From positions 1 to 64,000 of the IMG/VR virus record IMGVR_UViG_3300037244_000020: a stretch of DNA of 64,000 nucleotides; one strand, written 5' to 3'. The stretch comes from a virus. Both the position numbers and the translations under genes were made by a program. Below the pieces are notes generated by a model, which was not told the origin of the DNA, did not search any database, and was given only the letters and a program-made list of their open reading frames with translations. Position 1 is the first letter of the stretch; every line of letters begins with the position of its first letter. Of this stretch, positions 9,149-18,625 are shown piece by piece.

Positions 9149-10168
9149 TTACTGCCAGGGGGCGCGCCCTTGGCACATACTGATAAACATCTCGGTCTGG
9201 TTTCTTTCGCACGCAGCGGTAGCGGCGCTCCGCGCTGCTGCCTTAGCATGCCAATCCCTCCCCGATTTCAGGCTATTAACCGCGCGTATGGCGCAGTCCA
9301 GAATCACGTGGTGTAGCTTCCAGTAACTAGGGTTTTTGGACTGTAACTCGGCAGTTGCGTTGTACGCAGCAACCGCAGCGTCCGCGTCCCCAGACACTGC
9401 CCAAGCGTCCGCCGCAGCTTTGGCAGGTGCGTCGTCCCTTTGTAGGTCTCCCGCTGTCACCCCCAAGACAGCGTCCATAGCTGCTTTGTAGGTCCTCCCA
9501 TAACGAGGGTGCATGGGGACGCAACCTGTAACTGGCGTGGTTGCCTCGCTCCAATTTAACCCTTCGGAGGCTTCCCATTCCGCCGACGCTGCTGCTTCGA
9601 CCGCGCCCCTAGCACCCCAAACTGCAGACTGCACGGCCCCCCATCCAGGACCGAACTCGTCCCACCTTGTGAATTCAGAAAACCCTGAAGCGCTAACTGC
9701 GGCCTCCGCAGCCATTGCTGCGAGTTGCCTTGCTATCGCCGACTCCCGTTGCTCTTCACTCTCGTCTCCTCGGCACCCCTCAGATTCCGCAGATTTGCGC
9801 GCGTCTGCTGCAGATGTCGCCACTTCTTCTTTCGTAGCGTTCCCCATGGCGTAACGTTCCGCCAAGACCACCGCCCGCTTGCTGCGAGGGTCTGCCATCA
9901 GGTGCTGTACTTGCCGCGCCGCCCACGCAGCGAACATCCTGGCGTCCCTTCCGCAGTCTGGGACGAACCGAAGAGCGTAAACTGCGTCATCGACGCCGTT
10001 CTTGACAGCTAGGTCGGCCAGGCGGATAGGCGCGCCGTTCAGGTACTTGGTTACATAGCATCCGCGTTCCTCGACTCCCTCATCAAGTAGGGGGTTCCAC
10101 AGCATTTCTACGACTCTGTCGCGATCTGCGCCGTAGAGTTTGGAGAGGGAGAACTCGTAGCAGGCCAT
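9149..10168 (-). CDS. Ala-rich helical phage protein (Imm5-like RxFAxWxARQV domain)
   Basis: ARMFAAWAARQVQHLMADPRSKRAVVLAERYA motif; AAGGAG RBS. Confidence 0.65.
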   Translation of the reverse strand: MACYEFSLSKLYGADRDRVVEMLWNPLLDEGVEERGCYVTKYLNGAPIRLADLAVKNGVDDAVYALRFVPDCGRDARMFAAWAARQVQHLMADPRSKRAVVLAERYAMGNATKEEVATSAADARKSAESEGCRGDESEEQRESAIARQLAAMAAEAAVSASGFSEFTRWDEFGPGWGAVQSAVWGARGAVEAAASAEWEASEGLNWSEATTPVTGCVPMHPRYGRTYKAAMDAVLGVTAGDLQRDDAPAKAAADAWAVSGDADAAVAAYNATAELQSKNPSYWKLHHVILDCAIRAVNSLKSGRDWHAKAAARSAATAACERNQTEMFISMCQGRAPWQ

Positions 10169-10197
10169 CTTGGCTCCTTGTGGGTGGGGGTTACTGC

Positions 10198-10482
10198 TCA
10201 ACGTCTCGCTGCATACTCGTGCGTAATGCCTGCGAACATGTCGTCTTCGTCAAAGCGCAGGGCGATGTGGTAGCCCGGCACCTGCCACTGCATCAGCTTC
10301 GCGCGACCGATAAAGCTCACGCTCGTTGGCTCTCCAACAGCCTCAACGATCTGGTCCTTCGACTTGCCGTACATATTGCCCAGCGCTTGGAAGCGCCGCG
10401 ACAGGCCACGTGCATTTCCGCGCCCCTTACCTGAGTTCGCCAGCAGCACGAAGATGAGCAGCGTTACGATCAGTAGTGTCAT
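10198..10482 (-). CDS. membrane-anchored protein
   Basis: N-terminal hydrophobic helix; first gene after an early promoter. Confidence 0.7.
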   Translation of the reverse strand: MTLLIVTLLIFVLLANSGKGRGNARGLSRRFQALGNMYGKSKDQIVEAVGEPTSVSFIGRAKLMQWQVPGYHIALRFDEDDMFAGITHEYAARR

Positions 10483-10512
10483 TTCTCTCTCCCTGTTAAG
10501 TTGATAAAGCTA

Positions 10513-10540
10513 ATTATACCTTCTTTTTAGTTTTGTGCAA
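10513..10540 (-). promoter_or_regulatory. early sigma70 promoter TTGCAC-N16-TATAAT
   Basis: Member of the TTGCACAAAACTA... family. Confidence 0.75.
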
Positions 10541-10570
10541 TGTTTTTAACGCAGCCCTCCCGCAGTGGTC

Positions 10571-10828
10571 TTAAACGCGTAGGAAGACTCTTAACGTTTC
10601 CCAAATGCTTGCCTTCTTCGGCTTGTCCGTCTCCAGCCTCAGGTCCCCGATGTTCACCATAAACTCGACCGGCGCCCCGTCAACCACGCACTCCACTTTC
10701 GCCAACTCTCCGATCACGCTGCGCACAACGCCCGGCTGATCAGTCCAGATTATGCGGCGCATGTCGCTATCTAGCCCGTATGCACGCCCGATGTAGATCA
10801 CCTTGTCGCCGATGTTTACCTTTTTCAT
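10571..10828 (-). CDS. small SH3/KOW-like beta protein
   Basis: VNIGDKVIY...GVVRSV; AGGAG RBS. Confidence 0.6.
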   Translation of the reverse strand: MKKVNIGDKVIYIGRAYGLDSDMRRIIWTDQPGVVRSVIGELAKVECVVDGAPVEFMVNIGDLRLETDKPKKASIWETLRVFLRV

Positions 10829-10983
10829 CGCCTGCTCCTGGTTGGTTGCTTCGGGTGTTGCTGGTTAGGGAAAAGCCCGGGCATGCAGCGCTGCGCCAGT
10901 CGCGCGAGCAGCGCTTCGACCAGGATCGCAGCAGCAATGCCGCCAATCCACACGCCGATGTTTTTGAACTTGTCGTCGTCCAT
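10825..10983 (-). CDS. small membrane protein (52 aa)
   Basis: Manual: MDDDKFKNIGVWIGGIAAAILVEALLARLAQR...; ATGA overlap. Confidence 0.55.
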   Translation of the reverse strand: MDDDKFKNIGVWIGGIAAAILVEALLARLAQRCMPGLFPNQQHPKQPTRSRR

Positions 10984-10986
10984 AGC

Positions 10987-11250
10987 TCAATCTCCACTCT
11001 CCGTCAACTCATACGTCCAGGCATGGCCGTCGAAATTGTCCGGGTGCAGGCTGATGACCATACCACACTGCCGCGCCATGCCATTGATGACGGCCCAATC
11101 AGCGATCTCGTCGTCATCATCGAGCAGGCTGAATACCAACTCCGCCGTCACCATCTGAAATGCCTTCTCGACGTAGGGCGAGCGCTTGCACGCGTCGTCC
11201 ATCATCGCTTCGAATTTGCTGAAAGGGCCGTGAATCATGGTTGTCTCCAT
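10987..11250 (-). CDS. acidic hypothetical protein
   Basis: 87-aa ORF in operon. Confidence 0.6.
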   Translation of the reverse strand: METTMIHGPFSKFEAMMDDACKRSPYVEKAFQMVTAELVFSLLDDDDEIADWAVINGMARQCGMVISLHPDNFDGHAWTYELTESGD

Positions 11251-11438
11251 TCCTGGCTATCGTTACGGAACTCCGTGACGATAGCACCTTCGTAGACTAT
11301 CTGGCCCCAGTTAGGGCCTCTGCCGACCGGAGGGACTGCCGCCTTTGCCTCATCCAGCGTGTCAAAGCTGCCCCGGAAGTCGTCCCAGCCACCTAAGGGG
11401 TAATAGTCATCGCCGCAAAACAGGAGGTAGGGCTTCAT
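11235..11438 (-). CDS. conserved small phage protein
   Basis: YLLFxGDDYYPxGGWxDF motif; GGAGG RBS. Confidence 0.7.
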   Translation of the reverse strand: MKPYLLFCGDDYYPLGGWDDFRGSFDTLDEAKAAVPPVGRGPNWGQIVYEGAIVTEFRNDSQEWRQP

Positions 11439-11782
11439 TCCAGAACCTCCTCGCGCACGTCTATATCGTACTCGTCGAATTCGAAGTCATGGAACTCTAC
11501 GATCGTGATGCCTTCGCTGCCGTCCATCCTCGGGAAGCCTTCCTCATCGCCTTTGAGCAACGACGCTATGCCACTGAACGAGGTAACGCTTTCGCGCAGT
11601 GCAATCATCAACGTCATCTCCAACAGCCCGGGTAAAGCGCCTCCTGTTCTCCTCGCGCGGTCCTCAGCATCGCCCCAGAAGTCGTTCCATTCTTTGATCT
11701 TCGCGTCCGTCAGGACATCGTGGTCGATGTCGACCGTCATGTGATGCGTACCCGAGTAGTCTAGGTAATAGCGTTTTTTCAT
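11435..11782 (-). CDS. DUF2528-like protein
   Basis: MTVDIDHD...NDFW...EEGFPRMDGSEGI pattern. Confidence 0.6.
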   Translation of the reverse strand: MKKRYYLDYSGTHHMTVDIDHDVLTDAKIKEWNDFWGDAEDRARRTGGALPGLLEMTLMIALRESVTSFSGIASLLKGDEEGFPRMDGSEGITIVEFHDFEFDEYDIDVREEVLE

Positions 11783-11844
11783 CTCGTTTCTCTCTGTGGT
11801 GGGTTTTGGTGGGGCTAACAAGGTATATTAGCCCCACGCAAGGG

Positions 11845-13278
11845 TTATTTACCTAACTTGTCGAGCCAGTTGAGCAGTGTGAGCCACTCGCCGAAAGCGT
11901 CGGTCACTCCCTCAGATGACTCGAACCGAAACTCTAGGGACCGCGCAGTCTGGTTTTCCGCGAGCACTGCCCCGCTCATGCCTACCGGGTAGGGAAGGGT
12001 CTTTTCCAGGTGCGCCATAACTTCTTTCTTGCCCGCTGAAAACCCCTTCCAGTATTGGTCAGCCGAATCGCATTGCACAGGTGGCTCCCCTACCACGATG
12101 AACGCGATGCCCGCAGCGGCCGCAACTTCCTCGCAGTCTGCAGGATGGCTCTCGACGTACATCACGCCGCCGCGAGCCGTTGGGCCTGCTTTCCTGAGCG
12201 CCCATTCCGCAGCAGTCTTGACGAGTCGACTGCGATCGCCTCCGGTCCCGCCTGCCGTGCCGACGAAATGGATGCCTGAGGGCGTCACGACCGTGACTTT
12301 GACGGTTTCTGAAACGAATTTTTGCGTTGCACAGTCCTCAGCTTCTTCGGAGGGAGTCGCCTCAGTCCTTTCCTGGTCTTCCGCCTCCTTCAGAATCCAC
12401 GCCCCAAGTCTGCGCGCTTGCGCCTTAGATGGGCACCCGTAGGCCAAAATGTTCAGAGGCGGCAGGCGCCGCTGCGAGGTGCGGACGTACTCGGTAACTG
12501 CCGCGTAGCCCTGCTCCGGGTCGAAGAAAGTCACTGCGGCGCAGTTGCTACGGGTTTCAAGGGTTGCCCGGGGAACCAGCAACTGCAAGCGCATCCACTT
12601 CGCGCATTCCTCGGCCCAAATCTTAGCCGGCGCTTGGTCGTGAAGGAATTGGCCGCCCTCGACAAACGCTGCGCACTCCTCGATCGTCTTGTTGCGCGAC
12701 TCCGTTTCCGCTTTGGTGACTTCCTTACTGAGAACTACGCAACTGTTCATCGCCCGGCTGTAATTCTCCTGCGCCCACTTGAGACGCTTCTCCAAGTCTT
12801 CGACACGGCTGGCCATCTCTGCGCGGGTCTCTATATGCAGCTCATCCGCTGCTCGGAGGAGTTCATGTGCCCACTTCAGATTCGCCTCGGTCTTTCCTAT
12901 CAGGCTTCCGTTGTACAGGACCATCTCTGCCTCACCGCAGGTCGTCGCACCTGACACCTCATCCCGAACAGTGCCGATCTCCGCAGGTGCTGCTGCGGCC
13001 GCCATCTTCATCACCTCGTCCGGCGTCGGCGCGGTGTAGGTGACCTGCGCCCCTCCTGCGCGGTAAGTCACGCTGTAACTGTCAGACTTGAACTCCGCAG
13101 CGTGCCCTTCCGTCGGTGCAGTCGCTTTGTTCAAGATGTCGGCTATCTCTTGGGCTTGTTCGGTGGTGGCGTCGTGGACGAACATAAATACGCCTGCAGG
13201 TCCTAAAATTTCTAGGGTCGCGTCTTTGTCGGTGTCCCGATTTACGATCCAAGGCTTGCTTGTGTCGATAGTTTTCAT
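11845..13278 (-). CDS. mosaic 477-aa protein with coiled coil and a degenerate cytidine/dCMP-deaminase-like domain
   Basis: TAAEWALRKAG..ARGGVMYVE.H..DCEEVAAAAGI..IVVG follows the deaminase pattern without the Zn ligands. Confidence 0.6.
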   Translation of the reverse strand: MKTIDTSKPWIVNRDTDKDATLEILGPAGVFMFVHDATTEQAQEIADILNKATAPTEGHAAEFKSDSYSVTYRAGGAQVTYTAPTPDEVMKMAAAAAPAEIGTVRDEVSGATTCGEAEMVLYNGSLIGKTEANLKWAHELLRAADELHIETRAEMASRVEDLEKRLKWAQENYSRAMNSCVVLSKEVTKAETESRNKTIEECAAFVEGGQFLHDQAPAKIWAEECAKWMRLQLLVPRATLETRSNCAAVTFFDPEQGYAAVTEYVRTSQRRLPPLNILAYGCPSKAQARRLGAWILKEAEDQERTEATPSEEAEDCATQKFVSETVKVTVVTPSGIHFVGTAGGTGGDRSRLVKTAAEWALRKAGPTARGGVMYVESHPADCEEVAAAAGIAFIVVGEPPVQCDSADQYWKGFSAGKKEVMAHLEKTLPYPVGMSGAVLAENQTARSLEFRFESSEGVTDAFGEWLTLLNWLDKLGK

Positions 13279-13320
13279 ACGTTCCTTTGGTGGGTGGGTC
13301 GCACGCGGCGGCCCGGTGGG

Positions 13321-13500
13321 TTATTTTCTGCTTATTAACTTAAGCACTAGACGGACAGCGTGGAGAATCGCCCAGGTAGTGCCTGTTCCAAAGACAAGCC
13401 CGATCGTCAAAGTGATCGGGCTATCGATCCCTGCGGAATACGCCATAAAGTCTAGCAACGCCCCTATAACTAAAGCGCTGAGGATTGTCTGGTGTTTCAC
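13321..13500 (-). CDS. two-TM membrane protein (59 aa)
   Basis: Manual: MKHQTILSALVIGALLDFMAYSAGIDSPITLTIGLVFGTGTTWAILHAVRLVLKLISRK. Confidence 0.55.
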   Translation of the reverse strand: MKHQTILSALVIGALLDFMAYSAGIDSPITLTIGLVFGTGTTWAILHAVRLVLKLISRK

Positions 13501-13528
13501 AATCGCCTCTAAGATTTGAGTTACCCGA

Positions 13529-13556
13529 ATTATAAGGTATTTATAGTTTTCGTAAG
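13529..13556 (-). promoter_or_regulatory. early-type promoter CTTACG-N16-TATAAT
   Basis: Shares the AAAACTATAAA spacer with the family. Confidence 0.55.
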
Positions 13557-13677
13557 CTTTTTCTTTCTTAAAGTTGTAACGGAGTGTTTCTACAGAGCCT
13601 TTTCGCAGCTTGAACGTAACGCGCCGCCTTCCGCAGTGGTCGCATGAGCCCGGTAATGTAACCCATACGGAACACGG

Positions 13678-14478
13678 ATGTCAGCATTAGGCGGCTTCAA
13701 AGATCTCACAGGCTCCCGGTTCGGGATGCTCACAGTAGCAGCACAGGCCGAACGGGGCAAGGACGGTAGAATTCGCTGGACCTGCAGGTGTGACTGCGGC
13801 GGCGAAACTACCACTAGCACTTCAAACCTCAAGTCTGTCAAAAATCCTACACTGGACTGCGGTTGCAGAGGGCGTGCGGCAGCCAAGTCCGATCACGCTG
13901 GAAAGCGCTATGGGAGGCTTGTGGCCCAGATTCCTGTAGGATCCGGATGGGGCCGCAACATCAAGTGGGAGTGCCTTTGTGACTGCGGAAAAACCTGCGA
14001 GATAGTTGGAGTCTCACTGTCTAACGGCACAACTAAATCCTGCGGCTGTCTTTCTCTTGACTTGACAGCCGCACAGGGACGCCGTAATGCTACACATGGG
14101 CACACTAAGGGGTACGGGACCACTCCGGTCTATTCGTCTTGGAACAACATGTTCGCACGTTGCTACAACCCTAAAAACAAAGACTACTATCTATATGGCG
14201 GTCGCGGCATACGAGTCTGCGATCGTTGGAACAGGTTCGAAAACTTCTTGGAGGACATGGGGCCTACGTGGGAGAAGGGCCTGACAATTGATCGCTATCC
14301 CAACAATGACGGAAACTACGAACCCGGCAACTGCCGATGGGCTACCCGCCTCCAACAAGTTCAAAACCGAAGGAAATACGGACATGGCAGAATTGACTAC
14401 GCGGCGGCGCAAAGCGCTGCCAACAGAGAAGTTTGCGCTACCAGCAACCCGACAATACCCAGTCGACACGAGAGCTAG
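13678..14478 (+). CDS. free-standing HNH homing endonuclease
   Basis: Two WxCxCDCG..SCGC-type repeats, YGGRGIRVC, TIDRYPNNDGNYEPGNCRWAT. Confidence 0.9.
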   Translation: MSALGGFKDLTGSRFGMLTVAAQAERGKDGRIRWTCRCDCGGETTTSTSNLKSVKNPTLDCGCRGRAAAKSDHAGKRYGRLVAQIPVGSGWGRNIKWECLCDCGKTCEIVGVSLSNGTTKSCGCLSLDLTAAQGRRNATHGHTKGYGTTPVYSSWNNMFARCYNPKNKDYYLYGGRGIRVCDRWNRFENFLEDMGPTWEKGLTIDRYPNNDGNYEPGNCRWATRLQQVQNRRKYGHGRIDYAAAQSAANREVCATSNPTIPSRHES

Positions 14479-14626
14479 GGCGGCTAACGCAAAGGCTCGC
14501 GCAACGCAGCAGCTTGCTAAGGGCAATCTTACGCCTGCGCAAAACGCAAAGGTCCAGGCAGCTGCTAACAAAGTGCTCGCCCAAACCGCTCCCAAAAAGA
14601 CAGCAGCAAAGAAAACCACGAAGTAA
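14384..14626 (+). CDS. small basic protein (DUF6582-like)
   Basis: MAELTTRRRKALPTEKFALPATRQYPVDTRARAANAKARA; Lys-rich tail; overlaps the HNH 3' end. Confidence 0.65.
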   Translation: MAELTTRRRKALPTEKFALPATRQYPVDTRARAANAKARATQQLAKGNLTPAQNAKVQAAANKVLAQTAPKKTAAKKTTK

Positions 14627-14661
14627 CCCACCGGGCGGCTCGCCGCCTTGGAGAAACACCC

Positions 14662-14937
14662 ATGAAACTCTTAGCCGCCCTCCTGCTCGCCCTGCCGATC
14701 GCCGCGCACGCTTACACCCTTTCTGACGATCCGTGGTCAGGCCACACGAGCCACAGCGGTCCTTACACGACCGGACAGTATTCAGACCAAAGCGGCGCTG
14801 CTTTGTCGACGTATTCCTACCGTTCCGGCTCGTCCGACTACTCGCAGAGCACTTACACGGGGTCGGACGGTGTGAGTCACACGCAACACTGTACGACTCA
14901 CATCATCAGCGGCTTTGTCGAGCACACTTGCTACTGA
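14662..14937 (+). CDS. secreted protein with C-terminal Cys pair
   Basis: MKLLAALLLALPIAAHA signal; GGAG RBS. Confidence 0.75.
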   Translation: MKLLAALLLALPIAAHAYTLSDDPWSGHTSHSGPYTTGQYSDQSGAALSTYSYRSGSSDYSQSTYTGSDGVSHTQHCTTHIISGFVEHTCY

Positions 14938-14938
14938 A

Positions 14939-15217
14939 TCACAGGCCCAGCAGCGTGCCCAGTTGCGAGAAAAGTCCTTGCGCTTGCGTGTGCGTATCGA
15001 GCGGAATCAGAATCGAAGGGCCGCTCATGCCTTGGTTCTGAGCGCCGACCACGGGCGTCACCACAACCGGCACCAAGCCTTGTTGCTGTTGTTGTTGCTG
15101 GGTATTGGCCTGGGCTTGCGCCTGGTTGACGGTCTGATTAACCTTGATGCCCGAACCGTCCACGCCGTCCGGGAAGTCAGAGGTGGTGGTGCCGTCGCCT
15201 ACGTCTACGTCTGCCAT
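14939..15217 (-). CDS. Q/N-rich small protein
   Basis: AAGGA RBS; poly-Gln tract. Confidence 0.6.
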   Translation of the reverse strand: MADVDVGDGTTTSDFPDGVDGSGIKVNQTVNQAQAQANTQQQQQQQGLVPVVVTPVVGAQNQGMSGPSILIPLDTHTQAQGLFSQLGTLLGL

Positions 15218-15285
15218 GATAAGTTCCTTGAAAGTTGGGTAAATGCAAAGTGCCGCCTGCGTGATTCAGGGCTGCGGCTCGCCCG

Positions 15286-16878
15286 TTACTTCAACAAAGC
15301 CTGTAGGCGCTTCCCGTCTGGTCGCCCCACCCCCGTACTTGCCGACCAGCCCGCTGCCGCTGCGAAATACCCGTTGTTGCCTTCCGTAATCGGCACAAAG
15401 TGCGCAGCGCCTTTGTAAATCGCCGGGTGCATAAACCCTGCTGGCTTCCGGTTTAGCGCGTTTATCCGGGCAACGAGCGCAGCCATCAACGGGGCGACCG
15501 CGCTCGTTCCGCCGATCACGTCCATCACGCCATTGACCATCACCAGATAGCCGGTGTTCGGGTCAGCGTTGCCCGTCAAGTCCGGCGCGCCGCGCATCGT
15601 GAGAGGCTCGGTGCCCCCGGCCGTAAGCGCGACTTTCAGGCCGTGCTGGTAAGTCGGCAGAGGGAAGACCGTGCTGATACCTCCGCCTGTTGCGCCGCCT
15701 TGGCCGGTCTCTTGATTGTTCCAGACCGTCTCTTTCGCGACCTGCTCGCCCATCGCGTGAACGGTTGTGCCGCCGCAGCCAACGACCCAGGGGCTGCTCG
15801 ACGGAAAGTCAGCGTGCTGGCGCCCGTCTGTCAGGCCGTCTGTCGACCCGTTGTCGCCTGCCGCCGCGAAGACCGTCACGCCCATGGCGGCGGCCGCCTG
15901 CAGTGCGCGATTCATCGCGGTCATCGCTTCTTTCGTCCACAAGACCTCAGGCGCTCCCCAGCTAATCGAGATGACGGACGGCTTATTGATCGTGTCATAG
16001 ACGGCCGCATTGATCGCGTCGAGAAACCCCTGATCCGTGTTCGGCGCGAAATAGACCGCGATACGCGCTCCTTGCGCGAGCGCGCCGATGACTTGAATGT
16101 CGAGCGCCACCTCCCCGTCGGCGCCACTATCCGCACCGCCTGGGCTGTTGCTCGCGTGGTCGATCGACACCGGGACGATATCCGGCACATCCAGCCCCAA
16201 CTCAGCGAAGTAGGCCCGGTTGTCTGCTGGCATATACCCGCCGCCCAACTCGATGATGCCCACACACTCTCCGGCGCCGATGCTGTCCGGGAAGTTGTAG
16301 AGCGCTGCGAACTCATTGGGCGCGAAGTAGGCTGTCTGCGCCTTCACCGCCTTCGGGCCGATGCGCTGCGCCAAGCTGGGCGACTGTACTGTTCGGTTGA
16401 CTATATGGTGGGTCTCGCTGGCGGGTCGCGTGTCCAAACCCACGACCGCCTCCACAATGCCGTGCAGGCTCTCGGGCACCGTCGCGGCTTCCGTGACGCC
16501 TCGATATGTGCCCTGCGGATAGGCAAAGCGGTGCATCTTCACGTCAAACGCGTTCTCGAATTGCGCAGCGGTGCCTGTCAAATGGATCGTCGCCCGCGCG
16601 ACATTCTCATCAATCACGTTCAAGCCGTATTCGCTCGCGAACTGCTTGACCTTTGCGCGGTCTTCGTTGGTCGCGCCGAACACGCGCGTGAATTCAGCGC
16701 GGGAGAGCGTCGGCTGCGATCGATCGCCCTCCGCCATTTTTTCCGTGATCTGGTCCAGCAGCGCCTGATTGTTTCGGCGCAGTACCAGCGACACTTCCAT
16801 ACGCTCGGCGGGGTCTACCGGACCTGTCGCCTCAGCGCCCCGGAAGGAAGGGCGCGCGTCGCCCAGTTTGATCCTCAT
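15286..16878 (-). CDS. kumamolisin/sedolisin (S53) serine-carboxyl peptidase with prodomain
   Basis: Activation prodomain; GIIELGGG; GEVALDIQV (Glu/Asp); SISWG; AAAGDNG (oxyanion Asp); GGTSAVAP (Ser). Confidence 0.95.
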   Translation of the reverse strand: MRIKLGDARPSFRGAEATGPVDPAERMEVSLVLRRNNQALLDQITEKMAEGDRSQPTLSRAEFTRVFGATNEDRAKVKQFASEYGLNVIDENVARATIHLTGTAAQFENAFDVKMHRFAYPQGTYRGVTEAATVPESLHGIVEAVVGLDTRPASETHHIVNRTVQSPSLAQRIGPKAVKAQTAYFAPNEFAALYNFPDSIGAGECVGIIELGGGYMPADNRAYFAELGLDVPDIVPVSIDHASNSPGGADSGADGEVALDIQVIGALAQGARIAVYFAPNTDQGFLDAINAAVYDTINKPSVISISWGAPEVLWTKEAMTAMNRALQAAAAMGVTVFAAAGDNGSTDGLTDGRQHADFPSSSPWVVGCGGTTVHAMGEQVAKETVWNNQETGQGGATGGGISTVFPLPTYQHGLKVALTAGGTEPLTMRGAPDLTGNADPNTGYLVMVNGVMDVIGGTSAVAPLMAALVARINALNRKPAGFMHPAIYKGAAHFVPITEGNNGYFAAAAGWSASTGVGRPDGKRLQALLK

Positions 16879-16895
16879 TTCTATCCCCTGGGTAG

Positions 16896-17192
16896 TCAGA
16901 CGGTGCCGTTCATGCCTAGGAAGACGCGTAGTTCCTTGACGTCGTTTGCGAGCAGGTTGCGCGCGTTGTCCAGGCTCGTCTGAAAATCCAACAGCAGGTT
17001 CTTTTCCAGCGTCTCTAGCCGACCTTCCATCACGTTGAGCAGCGCCTTAACAGCCTGCGCGCTGGCGGCTGAGATTGTTACGACAGGCTCCTCAGCGACG
17101 GCGACAGGCTCCGTGCGGTCTGTGCCGGGGTTCACGCCTAGCGGTGCTGCGGGTAATGCGACAGGGGAAGCGTTCGGGGCGAAATCGGGCAT
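16896..17192 (-). CDS. hypothetical protein (Pro/Ala N-term, helical C-term)
   Basis: ORF directly upstream of the protease. Confidence 0.65.
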   Translation of the reverse strand: MPDFAPNASPVALPAAPLGVNPGTDRTEPVAVAEEPVVTISAASAQAVKALLNVMEGRLETLEKNLLLDFQTSLDNARNLLANDVKELRVFLGMNGTV

Positions 17193-17404
17193 GGCGGGTT
17201 CCAATGAGAAAGACCGGGCTATGCGCCCGGTCCATTATCATAACCCGCCGTCAGACGAATCCGACGCTTACGCCGTATGACGAAATGTAGCTTACCTCGT
17301 CTCCTGTATCGGGTATCCTGCCCTGCTTTATAGCAAACTCGTGCTATATTTCACGCGTGCGCTGGAACGCACGGTATTAATTCAACTTTCAGGGGAATCT
17401 TATC

Positions 17405-18304
17405 ATGGCAACTAAGTCCGAAGCTGGCAGGTTGGGAGGTTTGAGGAAGGGTGTCAATGCGCGCACACCTAAGGCCACCCACCAGGGAACGCTAAAAATA
17501 GGCGGTGCTGAAATTCCGTGCTTTGTTCTAACGGACGGTACAAGGGTAATGACCCAACGGGGGTTGGGCAGTGCCGTATCCCTGTCCTCCGAGCGGGGGG
17601 ACTCAATTCCCCGTTTTCTAGGCTCAAAGTCTATGGAACCCTTTTCCAGCAAGGCTTTGACGGTGGGACTGGAAAGCCCTATAGAGTTCACAATGCCGCA
17701 AGGGGGCACGGCGAAAGGGTATCGAGGGGACTTGCTCCCTGAGCTTGTTGAGGCGGTGCTTTCGGCGGCGGACGCGGGTGCCTTGGGGAAACCTCAGGCG
17801 CACGTCGTCGCTCAATGTCAGGCCCTCGTCAGGGCACTTGCGCGGGTAGGTATCACAGCGTTGATTGATGAAGCCACGGGGTATCAGAGGGCGCGCACAG
17901 CGGATGCCCTTGCGACGCTGATGGAGGAATACCTGGCGAAAGACGTCCGCCCCTGGGCCAGAGCGTTCCCGCCTGATTACTACAAAGCGCTCTGTGACGC
18001 CTACGGCCTGCCGTTCTCTGTTGTATCAGGCGAGTATCCCGGTTACTTCGGCCACGCCACGAATAACCTGATCTATGACCGGATGCTGCCGGGCATGCGC
18101 GCCGAACTCAAAGGGCTGAAGGCTGCGCGCCGTACAGGAACGATGCATCAAGGGCTTTCTGAAAAAGTAGGAACCAAAGCTTTAAGCCACATGATCGGCT
18201 TGGCTACGGCGGCTCTGCGGTTGGGAAAATCCCGGCCCGCAGCGGAGAAGCTAATGGACGAGCTAGGGTACCCTGTTCAGCCCCGAGAATCGGATAACGA
18301 CTAA
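17405..18304 (+). CDS. P63C-domain protein
   Basis: GTLKIGGAEIPCFVLTDGTRV and VGITALIDEATGYQ motifs. Confidence 0.85.
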   Translation: MATKSEAGRLGGLRKGVNARTPKATHQGTLKIGGAEIPCFVLTDGTRVMTQRGLGSAVSLSSERGDSIPRFLGSKSMEPFSSKALTVGLESPIEFTMPQGGTAKGYRGDLLPELVEAVLSAADAGALGKPQAHVVAQCQALVRALARVGITALIDEATGYQRARTADALATLMEEYLAKDVRPWARAFPPDYYKALCDAYGLPFSVVSGEYPGYFGHATNNLIYDRMLPGMRAELKGLKAARRTGTMHQGLSEKVGTKALSHMIGLATAALRLGKSRPAAEKLMDELGYPVQPRESDND

Positions 18305-18342
18305 AAGGAAAGCCGGGTAGTTTTCCCGGCTTTCCTTGTTTT
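18303..18342. terminator. bidirectional intrinsic terminator
   Basis: AAGGAAAGCCGGG-TAGTTTT-CCCGGCTTTCCTT between convergent genes. Confidence 0.75.
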
Positions 18343-18358
18343 CCTGACGAAATGTGGC

Positions 18359-18625
18359 TTACAGGCGCAGCAGCCCCTTCAGCTTCGCCAGACCTTCTTT
18401 CACATCGGCGGCCAGCGCGTGCTCGAACTTTTCGAACGCGTCTTCCAAGCGCGCGACGACGCCCTTAGCGGCTTCATGGCTTTCAGCAGCGATCGGGACG
18501 ATATTGGTGACCTCGGCGGGTTGGGCATTGTCGGGCACCGGGGCTGGCTCGGTGCTCGACGGCGTGCCGTCTTCCAGTACAGGCGCGGCGGCCAGGTCTA
18601 CAGCGTCGTTCGTGGTATCGGTCAC
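18359..18625 (-). CDS. acidic hypothetical protein
   Basis: AAAGGAG RBS, 88 aa. Confidence 0.7.
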   Translation of the reverse strand: MTDTTNDAVDLAAAPVLEDGTPSSTEPAPVPDNAQPAEVTNIVPIAAESHEAAKGVVARLEDAFEKFEHALAADVKEGLAKLKGLLRL

